The position numbers were made by a program, and so were the translations under genes. 64,000 nt of DNA, taken from assembly GCA_041739995.1 (NCBI GenBank), contig JBGSMV010000061.1, positions 32,001 to 96,000 on the forward strand, given 5' to 3'. Each line of letters begins with the position of its first letter. Position 1 is the stretch's first letter. This document shows, piece by piece, positions 50,249-58,881 of this stretch. The DNA comes from Bdellovibrionota bacterium (lineage in GTDB: Bacteria; Bdellovibrionota_C; UBA2361; JBGSMV01). The notes beneath the pieces were generated by a model. It worked only from the letters and a program-made list of their open reading frames with translations, was not told where the DNA came from and searched no databases.

Positions 50249-50638
50249 ATGGGGCCCAGAATATGGGTATTGATTTTGTCACAGGCGGTTCCAATTTCGA
50301 TACAGGTAGATTCTTTATGTTTCGGGCTACTATTACTCTCGGCAAGCACCGCAAGAGCGGACTACGCCTGCGCACTAGGCTGCTATCAGACCTTCACACG
50401 CTTCTCCGATATGTGTCGGCTCACGAATCAAAGTGACCTTTCGCAATGCAAGTCACAGTACAACTACTGCATGAGCACCTGCACGTTCGGACACATCGGA
50501 CTCTGTGGTCATCAGTGTCGCTCAGACTATGCGGCCTGCTTGAATATTGCTGCGGATGGATATGCGGCCTGTGGAAAGCTGGTGATGAATGATGCGCGGC
50601 AGTGCCTCGACGGATGTCAGTGGGTGCTTAAAGAGTAG
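50249..50638 (+). CDS. Secreted 12-Cys protein with mirror-symmetric cysteine spacing
   Basis: Hydrophobic LCFGLLLLSASTARA signal with AxA site; mature Cys spacing 3,10,10,6,3,7,3,6,10,10,3; start uncertain. Confidence 0.65.
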   Translation: MGPRIWVLILSQAVPISIQVDSLCFGLLLLSASTARADYACALGCYQTFTRFSDMCRLTNQSDLSQCKSQYNYCMSTCTFGHIGLCGHQCRSDYAACLNIAADGYAACGKLVMNDARQCLDGCQWVLKE

Positions 50639-50892
50639 TGGGACTGCGCTGTTACCCTTCAGTGCCTAACACGCCTTCTCAGATCAATTTGCATTGGGCG
50701 AATTCTCCTCCGTAGCGCGTCGGCCAGGGTGCTGAAGCTTGGCTCGCGCATGCCTTCCGGGTCGAGCTCGCTACACGCCCTACTTTTTGCTGGGGCGACA
50801 GATTGCTATTTGGTTTTACTATTCACACGTGATTTCCATAGGTTAAGTCATCACATTTTTGAGATGTCTAATTTGGGTTGTTCTCTATCGAC

Positions 50893-50927
50893 CATACTCG
50901 ATAATCGGCGTACAATTATCGAGTATG
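50893..50927. promoter_or_regulatory. 13 bp perfect inverted repeat covering a -10-like box and the ATPase start codon
   Basis: CATACTCGATAAT-cggcgtaca-ATTATCGAGTATG; TACAAT at 50911-50916. Confidence 0.6.
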
Positions 50928-52082
50928 TACAAACGATTGTGTAACCTACTGAATAATAATAGTTTTTTTCTATTCGGCGCGCGAGGCGTAGGAAAATCTA
51001 CCCTGATCTCAACGGAATTGGGCCACGAGATCAAAGCGTCTGTGAACCTTCTAAAGGATGATGAATTTTCACCATTATCTGATCGTCCGGACGCGCTAAT
51101 AGAGCGGCTGGGGACCCTGGCCCGCGGGGACTTGGTATTTATCGACGAAATTCAGCGTGTGCCGGCTTTGCTAAACACCGTGCATCTATTGATCGAGGAA
51201 CGCGGTCTACGATTTGCGATGACCGGCTCCAGCTCTCGAAAGCTAAAACGTGGAGGATCGAACCTCTTGGCTGGGCGGGCTAGTTTGCGCGAACTGTTTC
51301 CGCTAACTCACGTAGAATACGGCGACGACTTTGAACTGAGTTCGGTTTTGCGCTGGGGTAGTTTGCCGACACTATCGCAACGCTCAACGGATACCGAGCG
51401 CGCCGATTATCTGACAAGTTACGTGAATACGTATTTGCGCGAAGAGATTATCGCAGAACAACTAGTGAGAAAGCTGCCCCCATTCAGGAGGTTTCTTGAT
51501 ATTGCTGCGCAAATGAATGGAAAGATCCTTAACTACACTGCCATCGGTCGCGAGGTCGGCGTGGCCAGCGACACTATCAAACAGTACGTCTCGGTGTTGG
51601 TGGAGACCCATATAGGCTTGTTATTGGAGTCGTATCATCGCTCCATCCGGAAACGCCAAACCCAGTCACCGAAGTTTTATCTTTTCGATACTGGACTACC
51701 ACGAGCTATTCAACGGTTACCCGGGGCGCCACTTGCCGAACGAACATCTGCGTATGGCGACACTTTCGAACAATTTATAATCCTAGAAATCTATCGATTA
51801 TGCTCGTATATGAACAAGCGCGCTGATTTTTTTTACTTGCGAACTAAGGACGATGCAGAGATCGACCTCATCGTTGAGTTTCCTGGACAAGCCCCGGTAT
51901 TAATTGAAGTGAAGTCATCTAGATCCATTACGGCTCAGCATGTCACGGGTCTTAATAAATTCGCAGCGGATATAGCGAATAGTGGAGTATTCTGTCTCTC
52001 TCAGGACGCAATTCCAAAGAAGATTGGCGCAGTCGACGTCCTTCATTGGAAAGACGGAATAAAGCACCTTGTAGGTTATTAA
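50925..52082 (+). CDS. AAA_14 family ATPase with DUF4143 / PD-(D/E)xK-like C-terminus
   Basis: GARGVGKS Walker A, FIDEIQ Walker B, TGSS, LAGRA, KFYLFDTGL, EIDLIVE..IEVK. Confidence 0.9.
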   Translation: MYKRLCNLLNNNSFFLFGARGVGKSTLISTELGHEIKASVNLLKDDEFSPLSDRPDALIERLGTLARGDLVFIDEIQRVPALLNTVHLLIEERGLRFAMTGSSSRKLKRGGSNLLAGRASLRELFPLTHVEYGDDFELSSVLRWGSLPTLSQRSTDTERADYLTSYVNTYLREEIIAEQLVRKLPPFRRFLDIAAQMNGKILNYTAIGREVGVASDTIKQYVSVLVETHIGLLLESYHRSIRKRQTQSPKFYLFDTGLPRAIQRLPGAPLAERTSAYGDTFEQFIILEIYRLCSYMNKRADFFYLRTKDDAEIDLIVEFPGQAPVLIEVKSSRSITAQHVTGLNKFAADIANSGVFCLSQDAIPKKIGAVDVLHWKDGIKHLVGY

Positions 52083-52117
52083 GCGCAAATATCTGCCAAA
52101 AAACAGAATACACGTGA

Positions 52118-53098
52118 TTGTCACGGACATTCGTGAAATTTCAAAATTGGGGCGTGCCCATTCTCGTCAGCTCCGCCGAAGGAGAAGGGTGCCTACCAAC
52201 TTTGTCGGCTTGGCACAGAGGGTTCAAAGGCGGCGGTCTTGGTCTAGTCGATATTCAAGCAGGCATTAGCGGCTCTTCCTCCGCTCGCATCACTGCCACC
52301 TCTGCAGACTCAGCAACTTTAAGCGGCGTGATAAATCGGGATACGCTTGCCACTCCGGATTGGGATGGCGTTGGTGGAGTGGCGGTGGCGGACATATTCG
52401 CTTTCATCTCCTTCGGTACTTCTGGTAACCCGACTGACGATGCCCTTCGTGCAGCATTTCGAGATCAAGTCTATTTCACTCAGGCAACCACAGATACAGG
52501 AGAAAGTGTCGAAGTAGCCGTAGGCTTCATCAACGGATATTGGTTCGGCCCCACTTCTGACTCAATTGGCGTGATCTCATTCTATCGAGCTGAGGGCTCC
52601 GAAGTGTGGACGCCTATTTCAGGCGCTGCAAACCAGTGTCAGTTTCAAAGTGGCGCCAATAGTCTTGCGGTGAATCCCGCCAACGGCTCTGTCACAAGTG
52701 GAGCAAACTACTCGGTTTCAAACGGCACCTGGGGATTCTCGCTCGACCTCTCTGGCCTCACATTTCTAGAGCAAGGGTCCCAAGCAGGAAACGGCAGCGC
52801 TATCGACTTTAGTGGTGTGAGCACAGCCGCACGCGCGCTTTCGTCTATCGGAGTAATTCGATCGCGGCTCGATGAGTTAGCGCAACTCCGTGGGCGCTAT
52901 GGTGCATTTGAGAGCAGGCTGCAAAGTGCATTACTTCTAGCAATCGGAAACCGAGAAACAGCGACCCAGGCGCGTTCTCGAATCGTCGATGCCGATATCG
53001 CTGCAGAATCTGCCAACCTTACTTTGAAAGATATTTTATAAAAAACAGGCGCCGCTGTTCTCGCACAGGCGAACGTTCAACCTCAGCTCGCCTTATAA
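52118..53098 (+). pseudogene. Flagellin pseudogene (N-terminal domain missing, nonsense codon in the C-terminal helix)
   Basis: RGRYGAFESRL..ARSRIVDADIAAESANLT.. then in-frame TAA 53039-53041 followed by KTGAAVLAQANVQPQLAL. Confidence 0.85.
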
Positions 53099-53101
53099 TT
53101 T

Positions 53102-53422
53102 TTAGCTTTCAAGTTCCCGATCACCACTCCCGCTCATATCTGGACAGGCCGCCTGGCCGGGCCCACCGCACGGGCCCGCAGTCGAAGCATCGCCGTTGTT
53201 GTTCGATTGAGATCCGCCCCCATCCTGCATGGCAGTAATGGTGGAGAGATGGGGGTTGAAGCCGCGCATGAGCGCAAATGAAAGTTCGTTAGTAAATGCG
53301 GGAAGTAATACAACTGCGAAGCCGAACGCGAAGAGAATGAGTATCAGATACGCCACAAGACACGCGCCCGCATGACGGCAAGAGCGCCTCCTATTCGGAG
53401 CTAAGCGACCGAGAAAACTCAT
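53102..53422 (-). CDS. Flp/Tad prepilin-like protein
   Basis: Basic leader then G|ACLVAYLILILFAFGFAVVLL, resembling G|xxxxEY but with Ala at +5; C-terminal half of ORF 53102..53746. Confidence 0.45.
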   Translation of the reverse strand: MSFLGRLAPNRRRSCRHAGACLVAYLILILFAFGFAVVLLPAFTNELSFALMRGFNPHLSTITAMQDGGGSQSNNNGDASTAGPCGGPGQAACPDMSGSGDRELES

Positions 53423-53893
53423 AGAAATCCACCAACCAACTGAGCACGCCTTGAATAGTTCAAGTTTTATTCCACTGAGGTGCCCTCTAAATTGGGGGCA
53501 TGGGAACCGGATATAGCCTCGCCACCGGCCCCATTCAGCCCTGTTATGAGGCGCCCAGCTTCTATGGGGAACTTCTGGATCTCTGGTAGGTGTTAATGGG
53601 AGCCGAAAAGCTCGGTTCTCATCCGGCGCAAGAAGCGCGTTCATATTCTTGATTTCCACACGAATGTTAGTCGCATCGCGGAATCCGTCGCCATCAAAAT
53701 GGATAGGTTCATCAAGTTCGAGAACGAGGCCATGTTCTTCTTCCACGACCGCAACAAGCCCACAGAGGTTTCTATAGACTACCAGCCTTCGTGGGCGGCG
53801 CCCATGATAGGCACCTTCAATCCAACGGATTTGACACTTGTTGAGAGGTCCTGTGATTTGTCACGATGAGGAGAGTCAATAGCAGCGAGGACT

Positions 53894-54403
53894 ATGAGCA
53901 TTAGTAAGAAGATAATTGATGAAGTTAAGGTGGTGGGCCTGATTAGTCTGTTTTTTGCAGTGTGGTTTGGCATGCTCATACTTCTCAAGCGCCTCATTCT
54001 TGAGCAGTACCAAATAGCTTTCTATGGAATGTCCCTCGCATTACTCGGTGCGTTAGTCACCGCAAAGGTTGTCGCGGTGTTGGAACACGTACCACTCGGC
54101 AATTCGATTCGGCGCCTTCCGGCAATCATCGAGGTACTGCTGCGTACGTGCATCTACACCTGCGGGGTTCTCTTTGTGCTCCTACTTGAGAAAGCATTCG
54201 AAGTGCGCCACGAGGCAGGTGGTTTTTGGGCAGCGACGCAGTCGGTATTTTCAGATCGCGACGTCCCTCAGGTCTGGGCCACTACGATTGGTGTATCCGC
54301 TGCATTATTGCTTTTCAATGTGTTCTCGGTGCTTCATCGTCACTTTGGTGGAAAGGAACTTAAGAAAGCTTTCTTTGCCGGGTCTCAGAACAGCAAACCA
54401 TAA
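53894..54403 (+). CDS. Hypothetical 4-TM membrane protein
   Basis: GAGGA SD, four hydrophobic segments. Confidence 0.7.
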   Translation: MSISKKIIDEVKVVGLISLFFAVWFGMLILLKRLILEQYQIAFYGMSLALLGALVTAKVVAVLEHVPLGNSIRRLPAIIEVLLRTCIYTCGVLFVLLLEKAFEVRHEAGGFWAATQSVFSDRDVPQVWATTIGVSAALLLFNVFSVLHRHFGGKELKKAFFAGSQNSKP

Positions 54404-54536
54404 ACCCTCTCGGAAGCTCCCGTGGGGACTCTCGCGCCCCTCCGGATTGCAATGCAGCTCATTAACTACCGAAAGTGCTCTCTGCGGGGGAAAGCGTGTA
54501 TGCTCTATCTTCTGTTTTATGCCTCAGGAGTGGTTT

Positions 54537-54767
54537 ATGAAAATCATTAGTCTTTCGAGTTCCACGAACCTTCTTTGGCGTGCGTACGTATTCCCGGGCG
54601 CCTTTCTCGTTGTTCTTGGCGTATTGATTGTAATGATGCCAGAGCTGCTTGCACTTATAGTGGCCGCAATCTTTATTTTTGCAGGCAGTGGTTTGTTGCT
54701 TTTCGGCCTGCAAGTGCGCCGTCAAGTACGAAGCTATAGCAAGAGTGACGACATCTGCGTGAACTAG
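54537..54767 (+). CDS. Small 2-TM membrane protein
   Basis: CAGGAG SD before MKIISL; GAFLVVLGVLIVMMPELLALIVAAIFIFAG. Confidence 0.65.
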   Translation: MKIISLSSSTNLLWRAYVFPGAFLVVLGVLIVMMPELLALIVAAIFIFAGSGLLLFGLQVRRQVRSYSKSDDICVN

Positions 54768-55029
54768 GTTCCGGCTCAAGAATCGCGCATCTCTTCCAAG
54801 AGCGCGCCTCTTCAGTGGCCGAACACCCATGCGGTGCAAAAAGTCGCTACCCCCAAATCACGACCTTCGGGCATGCCGTGTCGCACTGCTAACTTTCTTG
54901 GCGTTCATTGCTGCATAGGCAGAGCACGGAAATCAATCTCACCAGCTCTCGGCACACTTGTGAACCAAAGCAACCAACGGCCTCCATCGAAGTGAGGAAA
55001 TTGGTAACAGCCTTGTTACCGAGCGCGTA

Positions 55030-55572
55030 TCAATAAGGCATGTCTCCAGTCAGAGCGTTGTCTTGAAACGTCGGGTTGGTCTGCATGCCAGGATTTTTAG
55101 GTGGCCTTGGTGTCGGCTGCGGCCTCACCGTCGGACCTCTTCGCGGGGCATGGGGCCCATTGCGAAAGGAGCCAGTGACTGCGCAGTCGTCATCACAAAA
55201 TAGCCAGTTTTTACTAGAGGAATTATCGATATAAACAGGATTACTGTGGGCATCATCGCCCAAGGTGCTTGACGCACGTAGTTGGGTAGGTTGCTCGACC
55301 GTTTCTGAACTCGACGCGCAAGTAACCTTGGTCGTATCGCACACGAGCTCATCGGGACACGCCGCGCAGACGTACTGTGCAGGACGACTGCTCTCAAACG
55401 CTAAACAGTAGCAGGTGGTCTTCTGTGTTTCACAGACCGGGAGATCTACAAAGGGATCACACGGAAGCCCTTCGATGCTATCGACCGTTAGGGCCGACGC
55501 GCTACTCGCCCCAAATACTGTACAGCTCACTATAAAGATACATACCAAAAAGCGACTACCTAACTCTTTCAT
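55030..55572 (-). CDS. Secreted Cys-rich hypothetical protein
   Basis: GGGGAG SD, signal peptide ending ASA, 8-Cys cluster plus CDDDC, Pro-rich tail. Confidence 0.65.
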   Translation of the reverse strand: MKELGSRFLVCIFIVSCTVFGASSASALTVDSIEGLPCDPFVDLPVCETQKTTCYCLAFESSRPAQYVCAACPDELVCDTTKVTCASSSETVEQPTQLRASSTLGDDAHSNPVYIDNSSSKNWLFCDDDCAVTGSFRNGPHAPRRGPTVRPQPTPRPPKNPGMQTNPTFQDNALTGDMPY

Positions 55573-55612
55573 ACTTTACTCCCCTAACAACAACTCTTCT
55601 CGGGGTAGTGAA

Positions 55613-55628
55613 AGCGAAGGCTATGCCA
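55613..55628 (-). promoter_or_regulatory. Possible sigma54 (-24/-12) promoter
   Basis: Minus strand TGGCATAGCCTTCGCT gives GG-N10-GC about 40 nt upstream of ATG 55572. Confidence 0.3.
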
Positions 55629-55689
55629 TCCTCATAAAAAGTTGCGCATGACAGGGAACCGAATACTACGAGGAAGCTTTTTAAAAATG

Positions 55690-56204
55690 GTAGGAAAACT
55701 CAAAACCGTAGTAAGCTCTGTGTGTTACGCAAGTTTGACAGGTTGGCATTGGCACTTTGGTTGAGTTGAGCGCGAGGAAAGAGGACATGCATGAATGGTT
55801 AAGTACCGGTTGCTGGTAGCTGTCGGTAATAGGGAGGGTAGCGCGCGGTCGGCCAGCGCTCAGCCGCTCTTGGGGGAGAAGCTATCCGTGTGATCAGACA
55901 TATTTAGGCGAGGCTCCGCTAGACCCGAGAGTATAGGGAGAAAGATTCAAGCGGCGAGTGGGATTGAAAAGTGTAAGCGAGGTGGTGCGCGCTGCTGAGG
56001 GAGACCTAGGTTGGTGGTGAGGCGCTGAATTTCTTTTTGGTCAGTAACGAAAGCCTTAATATTCATAGAGCGCCCGCAGCGTGGACAGGCGAGGGGGTTG
56101 ACCTCGAAGACCTTCTTTATGAGGCGCGCCCAGGTAGGGGAGGGTTTGGCGGTAGTTTCTGGCAGTGGGCGAATCTCGGACTGCAGGACAGCGGCTCTTT
56201 TTAT
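55690..56204 (-). mobile_element. IS91-family (rolling-circle, Y2) transposase C-terminal remnant with candidate oriIS end
   Basis: Own translation of 56204-55947: ..PTWARLIKKVFEVNPLACPRCGRSMNIKAFVTD..LGLP..RAPP; GTTTTGAGTTTTCCTAC about 240 nt past the stop. Confidence 0.7.
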
Positions 56205-56580
56205 CTATCGGGAAATATTCTTGGCGCTCGCCATCGACGGGATATATTTACCTTTAGAGATTCCCAGAATCGAGATGAACCCTGATGTCGACCTATTTAC
56301 GGAATACATCAACAAAATTCGAGGCAATTCTAATGTACGCTCTCTCGTAATTTCCAACCCGTACAAGCAGAGAGCCTTCAAGGTATGCGACGAACTGGAC
56401 GAGCGTGCGACGATCTGCGGTGCGGTGAACCTTATTGTTCATCGCGACAATTCTCTGATTGGCAGCAATATTGACGGCGAGGCATTTTTAATGGGGGCTC
56501 GCGCCGCACTGCCAGCCTTCAAACCACAACACGCGGTAATCTTTGGCTGCGGAGGCGTCTCCACCGTAGTCGGAGAGGAG
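56205..56580 (+). pseudogene. Shikimate dehydrogenase internal fragment
   Basis: SNPYKQ, DELDERA..CGAVN, GSNIDGEAF, FGCGG; lacks the N-terminus and stops just after the Rossmann glycine motif. Confidence 0.65.
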
Positions 56581-56660
56581 AAGAATCGATTGTCGGGCCC
56601 TCAACACCCTCTCATTCATAGAACCAGAACTCGAATTCATGAGAAATCGATCCCGATTTT

Positions 56661-57782
56661 TTAGCCTGGGAAATTCCTCCAAACCTCAAGTGCTGGGCGA
56701 GCATTTAGATTTTCATCTATTAGCCCCGAATCCTTCCAGAGGTGCGCCAAGGGATCTTTCCCCAGGTTGTTTGTCCAAAGTGCATCGTAGTCGACCATGA
56801 CGAACCAGTTTACAAATGCGAGATCGAGATTCGCGGCCTGGGCGAGCAGGAGCTCAACGTAGCGCTTTTGGAAAGCGGCACTTGAGGGAAGAGTCAAATG
56901 GTACGCGGGTTCAATTAGGTCTTCTGCAATCCAGGAGGTCTCAGTAACTGCCATACGCTTGCTCCCTGAAATTTCAGAGAATTGAGATAGCCAATTGGGG
57001 GGCAAATTATCAGGGTCTGTAGGATTCGCATGACCAAAGAATAAGTATGGGTAGGCACTGATTCCTAACATGTCGACAAACGGCATCAATCTAGGGAGAT
57101 GCGTTCTGATATGTTCCGCTTCAGATGAATCTGGATGTTTGGCAGCAATGGAAATTAAAAAGGTTACCTGAGGGTATCGAGCTTTGAGCGTTGCATACAC
57201 CCGCTCCGCAAAAACCAAGAAATCTTCGTACTTTGCCAAATCGTTGATCGCGAGCTCGCTTACTTCTGCTCCATAATTGAAATAGCTAGGTGAAAATTCA
57301 TCAATCATGTCGCTCGCAAATTGTATGTAGGCGTCGGCGACCTCTGGATCATTAAAGCGCTTGGTTCTAAATGCTGCGGGTAAAGCCAGATTCTTGGAAG
57401 ACCCCCAGTAATTAGCGAGTCCTCTTCGCGAGGAGTCCAGTGAATCAATTGACAGATATATCTTTCGACTTGAGCCGCCTCTCTCTTTACGCTGCTGAAT
57501 GTCGTTCACGAGGTCTGACGAATAGGCAGTTCCGGCTAGGGCTTCTGTCCACGGCACACCACTCTGCAAGTGTTCGTCAATCATCCCGGCATGCTGTTTA
57601 ATTAAAGCGTACAACCGATCCAAGGCATCGTTTGTGGCCTCATATGGCCAGGTGCTAATTCCCAGGAGACGGTTAGTTTGGATAGGGGTGTCGGTGTTAG
57701 CGTCGTCATCACTACCTGAGTCACTTTGAGCGCACGCAGATACCGCTAAGAGTATTAATAAAATGTATTTCAGCCTATGCAC
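56661..57782 (-). CDS. Lipoprotein with glycoside-hydrolase-like TIM barrel
   Basis: Lipobox VSAC; NYGAEV, DMLGISAYPY, MAVTETSW, WKDSGL resemble clan GH-A motifs. Confidence 0.7.
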   Translation of the reverse strand: MHRLKYILLILLAVSACAQSDSGSDDDANTDTPIQTNRLLGISTWPYEATNDALDRLYALIKQHAGMIDEHLQSGVPWTEALAGTAYSSDLVNDIQQRKERGGSSRKIYLSIDSLDSSRRGLANYWGSSKNLALPAAFRTKRFNDPEVADAYIQFASDMIDEFSPSYFNYGAEVSELAINDLAKYEDFLVFAERVYATLKARYPQVTFLISIAAKHPDSSEAEHIRTHLPRLMPFVDMLGISAYPYLFFGHANPTDPDNLPPNWLSQFSEISGSKRMAVTETSWIAEDLIEPAYHLTLPSSAAFQKRYVELLLAQAANLDLAFVNWFVMVDYDALWTNNLGKDPLAHLWKDSGLIDENLNARPALEVWRNFPG

Positions 57783-57967
57783 GTGAAACCTCTTTTTTAT
57801 TTATACGGAGCCTCTTCAGTTTTGGGCGTCACACTGAAGAGAGACGTGTAGCATCAGTTCGTTGATCGATAGATCCTGTTTTATCGCTTTGAAGCCTCAG
57901 GACCAGGACCCTCTGAATCCTGAACCGCCCAGCCCAAGCCCCACTCTACTCTGAGAACGCGGCCTCC

Positions 57968-58590
57968 TCATATCTCGCCGAATTCGCTGCGCAGTCTATC
58001 AAAGTGGGCAAAAGAGCGTCCATTCTGAGCCAGGGTTTCGTTTGCCAGGGCATTTCCTTCAATCGCCTCTACCTCAGCGCGAGTTAGGTCGTTTATCCAA
58101 CGCGTGTCGTACCTCGCTGGTCGCTTATGACCTGCATAGAATGGATCGTCATCAGTGGTGATGGGAACATCCTCAGTTCTGAGCACCATATTGAAAAAGG
58201 CACCGTTACCGGCGGGCCCATGGTGTGGAAACTCCTAGTACTGGAGTGCTCCCGGTTCGTACGTATGACTAAGCTCGGCGCTGAGCTTCTTTAGCTCAAG
58301 TTTCGGCCTACACACCAGGTCGTCATAAAACACTGGGTGTATCTTCCTCCCCGCCTCGGCATTCTTCGCTTTGCACTGCGCGGCAATTGACTCGTTGCCT
58401 TGAATCCAGCGCGCAAGCCCCGTCGCAACGTCAAATCCATACCGCCTTTTTTTGCGAGGAGTACCAACCACGAGGATCTCGAACCAGATGTAACGCAGCC
58501 ACTTCAACGGTCGCGGTTGTATGAAAGCGCGAAAGCCACTCCGACTTTTTGCTATTCTCAACAATCACTGATTTTTGAAGTCTAGAAACA
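57968..58590 (-). pseudogene. Sulfotransferase pseudogene (frameshift plus nonsense codon, 5'-truncated)
   Basis: KSVIVENSK..LHLVRDPRGWYSS in one frame, shift at the A7 run 58447-58453, FYDDLVCRP..EL, TAG at 58235-58237 read through in frame into ORF 57968..58189. Confidence 0.7.
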
Positions 58591-58881
58591 GCGAACTCGA
58601 TCGCACTACCAGCACTAATCTGCCCAGCGCCCCCTAGAACCGAGCAAGTCTCAAGCCCTCGCGAGGTGCACAGATTGCAGAGAGGCAGATTCTCGTCGGA
58701 CTAGGGACAAAAAGGCATTTAATAATATCTTCTGCATTATTCTTGTTTAATAGCAAATAGTTATCTTCATGTAATTAAGCATTATATCACAGAATGCCGT
58801 TCCCCTCTCATATCCCCTTTGAACTTCTATCACCAAGGCTCACCGTCGGACGCTCAGGGATCCAGAGAGAGGAGATGTCGA

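Noticed and set aside
53039..53098. TAA-to-Gln recoding to rescue the flagellin
   Set aside because: Many core genes here (smpB, scpA, tatA, tmRNA tag) end normally in TAA, and the gene also lacks its N-terminus
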